Shown here: piece by piece, positions 29,001-32,000 of the stretch
Numbering within the stretch: position 1 is the first letter of the stretch
How the letters are laid out: the number at the start of each line of letters is the position of its first letter
Origin: Alkalilimnicola ehrlichii MLHE-1
GTDB lineage: Bacteria > Pseudomonadota > Gammaproteobacteria > Nitrococcales > Halorhodospiraceae
Length of the DNA: 32,000 nucleotides
Direction: 5' to 3'
Assembly (NCBI RefSeq): GCF_000014785.1
Contig: NC_008340.1
Location: 1,650,001-1,682,000, forward strand
Position numbers and translations under genes: made by a program
Notes under the pieces: model-generated
What the model was told of the DNA's origin: nothing
The model's input: only the letters and a program-made list of their open reading frames with translations
Databases searched by the model: none

Positions 29001-29317
29001 GTGCAGTTGATGGTGGAGGTGGCGGGCTTGTGCGCCCAGGCACCGGCGTTGGAGGTAATGCGCCCGGCGGGAATGGCGCCGCGGCGCAGGGCCCAGAGGA
29101 AGCGCTCGTACCAGTGCTCACGCAGCTTCTTGGTCTTTTCCACCTCGGCCAGGGCACGCGCCACGCGCTGCCAGGTGTGATCGACGGTCTCGTCGATCAC
29201 CTGGCCGTCCTTGGACTTGAGGCGGTATTTCTTATCCCAGATGTCCGCGGACGCGCTCTGTAACGGAATGTCGGCCGTGGCATTCGGCAGGGCGCGCACC
29301 TTGGCTGCTGTGGTCAT
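26030..29317 (-). CDS. nrdJa: Adenosylcobalamin-dependent (class II) ribonucleoside-diphosphate reductase, NrdJa-type large chain, intein-interrupted precursor (1095 aa; predicted spliced product 718 aa)
   Basis: IPAGRITSNAGAW, STINCTVSGTIQDSMDDIL, KAGCGIGYEFSTLRPRG, GSLSFMDIYDRMC, MATFDVGHPDVLDFI, NP-[intein]-CGEQPLPPYGACLLGSVNL, PTGTISLSL. Confidence 0.93.
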   Translation of the reverse strand: MTTAAKVRALPNATADIPLQSASADIWDKKYRLKSKDGQVIDETVDHTWQRVARALAEVEKTKKLREHWYERFLWALRRGAIPAGRITSNAGAWAHKPATSTINCTVSGTIQDSMDDILQKVHEAGLTLKAGCGIGYEFSTLRPRGAYVSGAGAYTSGSLSFMDIYDRMCFTVSSAGGRRGAQMATFDVGHPDVLDFIRAKREDGRLRQFNLSLLITEEFMQAVEDDAQWPLAFPLTKHEAETDNIDLTDSEQVIWREWPTTEPYISDEQGLVACRIYRTVKARRLWDMIMTSTYDFAEPGFILIDRVNEMNNNWFCEDIRATNPCVTADTWVQTADGPRRVAALVGRRFSARVDGTDHPSGDEGFFRTATKEVVELRTAEGYRLKLTADHRVRRVSAFTRYRTETEWCEAGQLQAGDRVLLNDHRTNAEWAGRHGRNEGYLMGLLLGDGTLKSDKAVLSVWRTAAAANGVPAGLPGGVEEVMAEGLEAARSLPHRADFTGWCEVPGRGEYRLATSAIRDLALELGIRPGSKRITDGVEQGSSDFYKGFLRGLYDADGSVQGSQRKGVSVRLAQSDSDNLEAAQRMLLRLGIASTLYRDRRPAGNTVLPDGNGGSAEYATRAQHELVISGENLARFRDLIGFANSDKQARLEALLDRYQRTLNRERFVARVVAVEAAGTEEVYDVQVPGINTFDANGLHAHNCGEQPLPPYGACLLGSVNLTKFVRDPFTEKARFDWQEYAEVVSVFTRMLDNVVEINGLPLDEQRREIERKRRHGMGFLGLGSTLTMLRMKYGEAESLAFTEKVSREMALAGWRTGVELAEEKGPAPIMDETYTVDEAMLAKRPEMAVDGYKVGDKVKGRVLLARYSHYMQRVAEVDAELVEAIAEKGARFSHHTSIAPTGTISLSLANNASNGIEPSFAHHYFRNVIREGRKSKEKVDVFSFELLAYRHFIDPEAVPSTDPETRNLPDYFITADSVTPKQHVDIQAAAQKWVDSSISKTANVPTDYPYEDFKDIYRYAYQQGLKGCTTFRFNPEAFQGVLVTEKDLTNTFYKFKLADGTEVELRGDEEVEYDGETHTAANLYDALKEGYYGKF
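27212..28342 (-). mobile_element. Intein (377 aa) with LAGLIDADG/DOD homing endonuclease domain inside nrdJa
   Basis: Block A CVTADTWVQTADG; block B-like GYRLKLTADHRV; DOD motifs GYLMGLLLGDGTL and FLRGLYDADGSV; C-terminal VYDVQVPGINTFDANGLHAHN followed by +1 Cys (CGEQPL). Boundaries set by codon: first Cys 28342-28340, last Asn 27214-27212. Confidence 0.97.
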
Positions 29318-29471
29318 GTACCGAGTCCTCCTGCTTGGTCTCTTTACCTTATATTCGACAGTCGGGCGCGCGAGGGTACGCCATCACCTCGCCCGGACGC
29401 CCCGGACCTGCCAGGTCGGGATGGCCGCCTGTCGAAAACGAATCTGTAGTGCCGTCAACGGGTTGCCCCAG

Positions 29472-29480
29472 TTATCCACA
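29472..29480 (+). promoter_or_regulatory. Candidate DnaA box
   Basis: Exact TTATCCACA, matching the consensus TTATNCACA, in the nrdJa-tex divergent intergenic region. Confidence 0.4.
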
Positions 29481-29522
29481 ACATCTCCACCGCTAATCCA
29501 CCGCAGACACCAGATGTTGTGG
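29476..29522. repeat. Perfect 11-bp inverted repeat (25-nt spacer)
   Basis: CCACAACATCT (29476-29486) and AGATGTTGTGG (29512-29522); outer 5-bp extension CCCCA (29466-29470) / TGGGG (29527-29531). Confidence 0.9.
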
Positions 29523-29686
29523 TTGATGGGGAGCATCGTAGACTACTGGTTGGGGTGTCGCAAGGCTTGACGGGCCAACCGACCTGTGCCCCGCAGGTCG
29601 CCCAACCGCAACATGTAGGGGCGGCACAGCGCGCCATCGCCGCCCGCCCGGGCCGTTTCGCCGCGCCGGGACCGGGGCGCGGTCGG

Positions 29687-29715
29687 CTGGCAACGACCGA
29701 TCGCTCAGGTATCAT
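29687..29715 (+). promoter_or_regulatory. Candidate sigma70-like promoter for tex
   Basis: CTGGCA (29687-29692), 17 bp, TATCAT (29710-29715), 46 bp upstream of the tex ATG. Confidence 0.45.
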
Positions 29716-29761
29716 GCCGGGCCTGAATCAGGCTCAGCGCAAGAGGGAACCGCAAGCACCC

Positions 29762-32000
29762 ATGACCGATATCCCCCATCAGATTGCCGAAGAACTCGGC
29801 GTCCAGCCGCGCCAGGTGGAGGCCAGTGTGGCGCTCCTGGATGGCGGCGCCACGGTCCCGTTCATCGCCCGCTACCGCAAGGAGGCCACCGGCGGCCTGG
29901 ACGACAGCCAGTTGCGCCGCCTGGAGGAGCGGTTGACCTACCTGCGCGAGCTGGCGAGCCGGCGGGAGACCGTCCTCAAGACCATCCGGGACCAGGGCAA
30001 GCTTACCCCGCAACTGGAGACGGACATCCGCGCCGCCGACAGCAAGACCCGGCTGGAGGACCTCTACCGCCCCTATCAGCCCAAGCGTCGCACCAAGGCC
30101 CAGATCGCCCGGGAGCTCGGCCTGGAGCCGCTGGCCGACAGCCTGCTGGAGGACCCCTCGCAGGCGCCGGAGGCGCTGGCCGCGGACTATCTGGTGCCCG
30201 CGGGCCCGGACGGCAAAGGCGGCGTCCCCGATGCCCAGGCGGCACTGGACGGCGCCCGTCAGATCCTGATGGAGCGCTTCGCCGAGGATGCCGAGCTGGT
30301 CGGCCGGCTGCGCGAGTGGGCCTGGGGCAACGCCCGGCTGCGCAGCCGGGTTATCGAGGGCAAGGAGCGGGAGGGCGCCAAGTTCCGTGACTACTTCGAG
30401 CACGAGGAGCCGCTGGCCCGCATCCCCTCCCACCGTGCGCTGGCCCTGTTCCGCGGCCAGAGCGAGGATATCCTGCAATTGAGCCTGATCTGGGAAGGGG
30501 AGGACGGCGAGAGCCCCACCGCGGAGGGCATGATCGCGCGCCGCTTCGGTATCCGTCATGGGGACCGTCCCGCCGACGACTGGCTGGCCCGCACCGTGCG
30601 CATGAGCTGGCGCGTCAAGCTGTCGCTGCAGCTGGAACTGGCCCTGAAGCGCCGGCTGCGCGAGGCCGCCGAGGAGGAGGCCATCCGCGTCTTCGGGCGT
30701 AACCTCAACGACCTGCTGCTGGCCGCCCCGGCCGGTGCGGTCGCCACCATGGGGCTGGACCCGGGCATCCGCACCGGGGTCAAGGTGGCCGTGGTCGACG
30801 GCACCGGCAAGGTGGTAGACACCGCGACGGTGCACCCCTTCCCCCCGCGCAATGACCGCAACGGTGCCCTGGCCACCCTCGCCGGGCTGGCCAAGCGGCA
30901 CGCCGTCCGCCTGGTGGCCATTGGCAATGGCACCCATTCGCGCGAGACCGATGCCCTGGTGGCGGAACTGATGCAGGCCATGCCGGAACTCCCACTCACC
31001 CGGGTCACCGTCTCCGAGGCCGGGGCCTCGGTCTACTCGGCGTCTGAGTACGCCAGCCGTGAACTGCCGGAACTGGACGTGGCCCTGCGCGGGGCGGTCT
31101 CCATCGCCCGGCGCCTGCAGGACCCGCTGGCCGAGCTGGTGAAGATCGAGCCCAAGGCCATCGGCGTCGGCCAGTACCAGCACGATGTCAGCCAGGTGAA
31201 GCTGGCGCGCACCCTGGACAACGTGGTGGAGGACTGCGTGAACGCCGTGGGCGTGGACGTGAACACCGCCTCCGCCCCGCTGCTCGCCCGGGTCGCCGGC
31301 CTCACCCCCGCGCTGGCCGAGAACGTGGTCAGCCACCGCGACCGGCACGGGCCCTTTCCCGACCGGAAGACCCTGCTCGAGGTGCAGCGCCTGGGCCCCA
31401 AGGCCTACGAGCAGTGCGCCGGTTTCCTTCGGATCCGCGGTGGCCGCAATCCCCTGGATGCCAGCGCCGTCCACCCGGAGGCCTATCCGGTGGTCGAGCG
31501 GATCCTCAAGGACAGCGGCAAGTCCATTGACCAGCTCATCGGCGACAGCCCATTCCTGCAGCGGCTCGAACCGGCCCGCTACACCGATGACCAGTTCGGC
31601 GAGCCGACGGTGCGCGACATCCTCGCCGAGTTGGACAAACCCGGTCGTGACCCGCGCCCGGAGTTTCGCACCGCCCGCTTCCGCGAGGGGGTGAACACCC
31701 TGCAGGACCTGGCGCCGGGCATGGTGCTGGAGGGAACGGTCACCAACGTGACCAACTTCGGCGCCTTCGTCGATATCGGTGTCCACCAGGACGGTCTGGT
31801 GCACATCTCGGCGCTGGCCGAGCGCTTCGTGCGCGACCCGCACGAGGTGGTCAAGGCCGGCGACATCGTCAAGGTGAAGGTCATGGAGGTGGACCTCGAG
31901 CGCAAGCGCATCGGCCTGTCCATGCGCCTGGATGACGAACCCGGAGAGGGCCGGTCGCGCCGCGGCAGCAAGCCGGCCGATGGCGCCGCGGCCCGGCGGG
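29762..32000 (+). CDS. tex: Tex family RNA-binding transcription accessory protein; 3' end beyond window
   Basis: Not in the ORF track because no stop occurs in the window. Reading from the ATG at 29762: [48 protein letters not shown]...[18 protein letters not shown]...[16 protein letters not shown]...[12 protein letters not shown]...[12 protein letters not shown]...[16 protein letters not shown]...[29 protein letters not shown] (S1 domain). Confidence 0.97.
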   Translation, partial: MTDIPHQIAEELGVQPRQVEASVALLDGGATVPFIARYRKEATGGLDDSQLRRLEERLTYLRELASRRETVLKTIRDQGKLTPQLETDIRAADSKTRLEDLYRPYQPKRRTKAQIARELGLEPLADSLLEDPSQAPEALAADYLVPAGPDGKGGVPDAQAALDGARQILMERFAEDAELVGRLREWAWGNARLRSRVIEGKEREGAKFRDYFEHEEPLARIPSHRALALFRGQSEDILQLSLIWEGEDGESPTAEGMIARRFGIRHGDRPADDWLARTVRMSWRVKLSLQLELALKRRLREAAEEEAIRVFGRNLNDLLLAAPAGAVATMGLDPGIRTGVKVAVVDGTGKVVDTATVHPFPPRNDRNGALATLAGLAKRHAVRLVAIGNGTHSRETDALVAELMQAMPELPLTRVTVSEAGASVYSASEYASRELPELDVALRGAVSIARRLQDPLAELVKIEPKAIGVGQYQHDVSQVKLARTLDNVVEDCVNAVGVDVNTASAPLLARVAGLTPALAENVVSHRDRHGPFPDRKTLLEVQRLGPKAYEQCAGFLRIRGGRNPLDASAVHPEAYPVVERILKDSGKSIDQLIGDSPFLQRLEPARYTDDQFGEPTVRDILAELDKPGRDPRPEFRTARFREGVNTLQDLAPGMVLEGTVTNVTNFGAFVDIGVHQDGLVHISALAERFVRDPHEVVKAGDIVKVKVMEVDLERKRIGLSMRLDDEPGEGRSRRGSKPADGAAARR

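Noticed and set aside
27200-29263. 687-aa + strand ORF across the RNR and intein
   Set aside because: Shadow of nrdJa with no family motifs; the minus-strand frame is clearly coding.
29390-29425. Possible cobalamin riboswitch upstream of the B12-dependent RNR (GGACCTGCC resembling part of a B12 box)
   Set aside because: It is on the wrong strand for nrdJa, and the rest of the conserved B12 element and helices are not visible. An Rfam cobalamin search would settle it.
29472-29480. DnaA box as evidence of a chromosomal origin
   Set aside because: Only one consensus box was noticed, with no AT-rich unwinding element, dnaA or dnaN gene.
29318-29761. CRISPR-like or REP array in the 444-bp intergenic region
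   Set aside because: Repeats are single inverted or short direct pairs without regular spacing or spacers of constant length.
29705-31843. 712-aa minus-strand ORF
   Set aside because: Antisense to tex, whose + strand frame shows clear Tex and S1 motifs but is missing from the ORF track because it runs off the window end.

Overview
This is a GC-rich gammaproteobacterial chromosome segment. I infer an Ectothiorhodospiraceae-like halophile or alkaliphile from gene content only; no search was run. Most of it is core and housekeeping genes: DAHP synthase 3' end, infA, clpA/clpS, a LysR regulator, a NudJ-like NUDIX hydrolase, mnmA, hflD, divergent acnB/acnA, a MotY/OmpA-like protein, a thioesterase, mazG, a TetR regulator, a GST, a TPR lipoprotein, ispG, a DsrE-like protein, pyrD, a ParA-like ATPase, an MltB-like transglycosylase, a lipoprotein/LemA/patatin cluster, nrdJb/nrdJa and tex. 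I see no CRISPR array, rRNA, tRNA or IS element. I found no convincing new defence or metabolic system. The strongest non-ordinary element is a 377-aa LAGLIDADG-type intein in the class II ribonucleotide reductase large chain. It sits immediately before what should be the thiyl-radical active-site cysteine (NP|CGEQ). Secondary leads are the structured nrdJ-tex intergenic region (perfect 11-bp inverted repeat, consensus DnaA box, repeated GACCTG/CAGGTC palindromes), the acnA/acnB divergent control region, and GC-rich hairpins lacking U-tracts at several gene ends, some with the stop codon inside.
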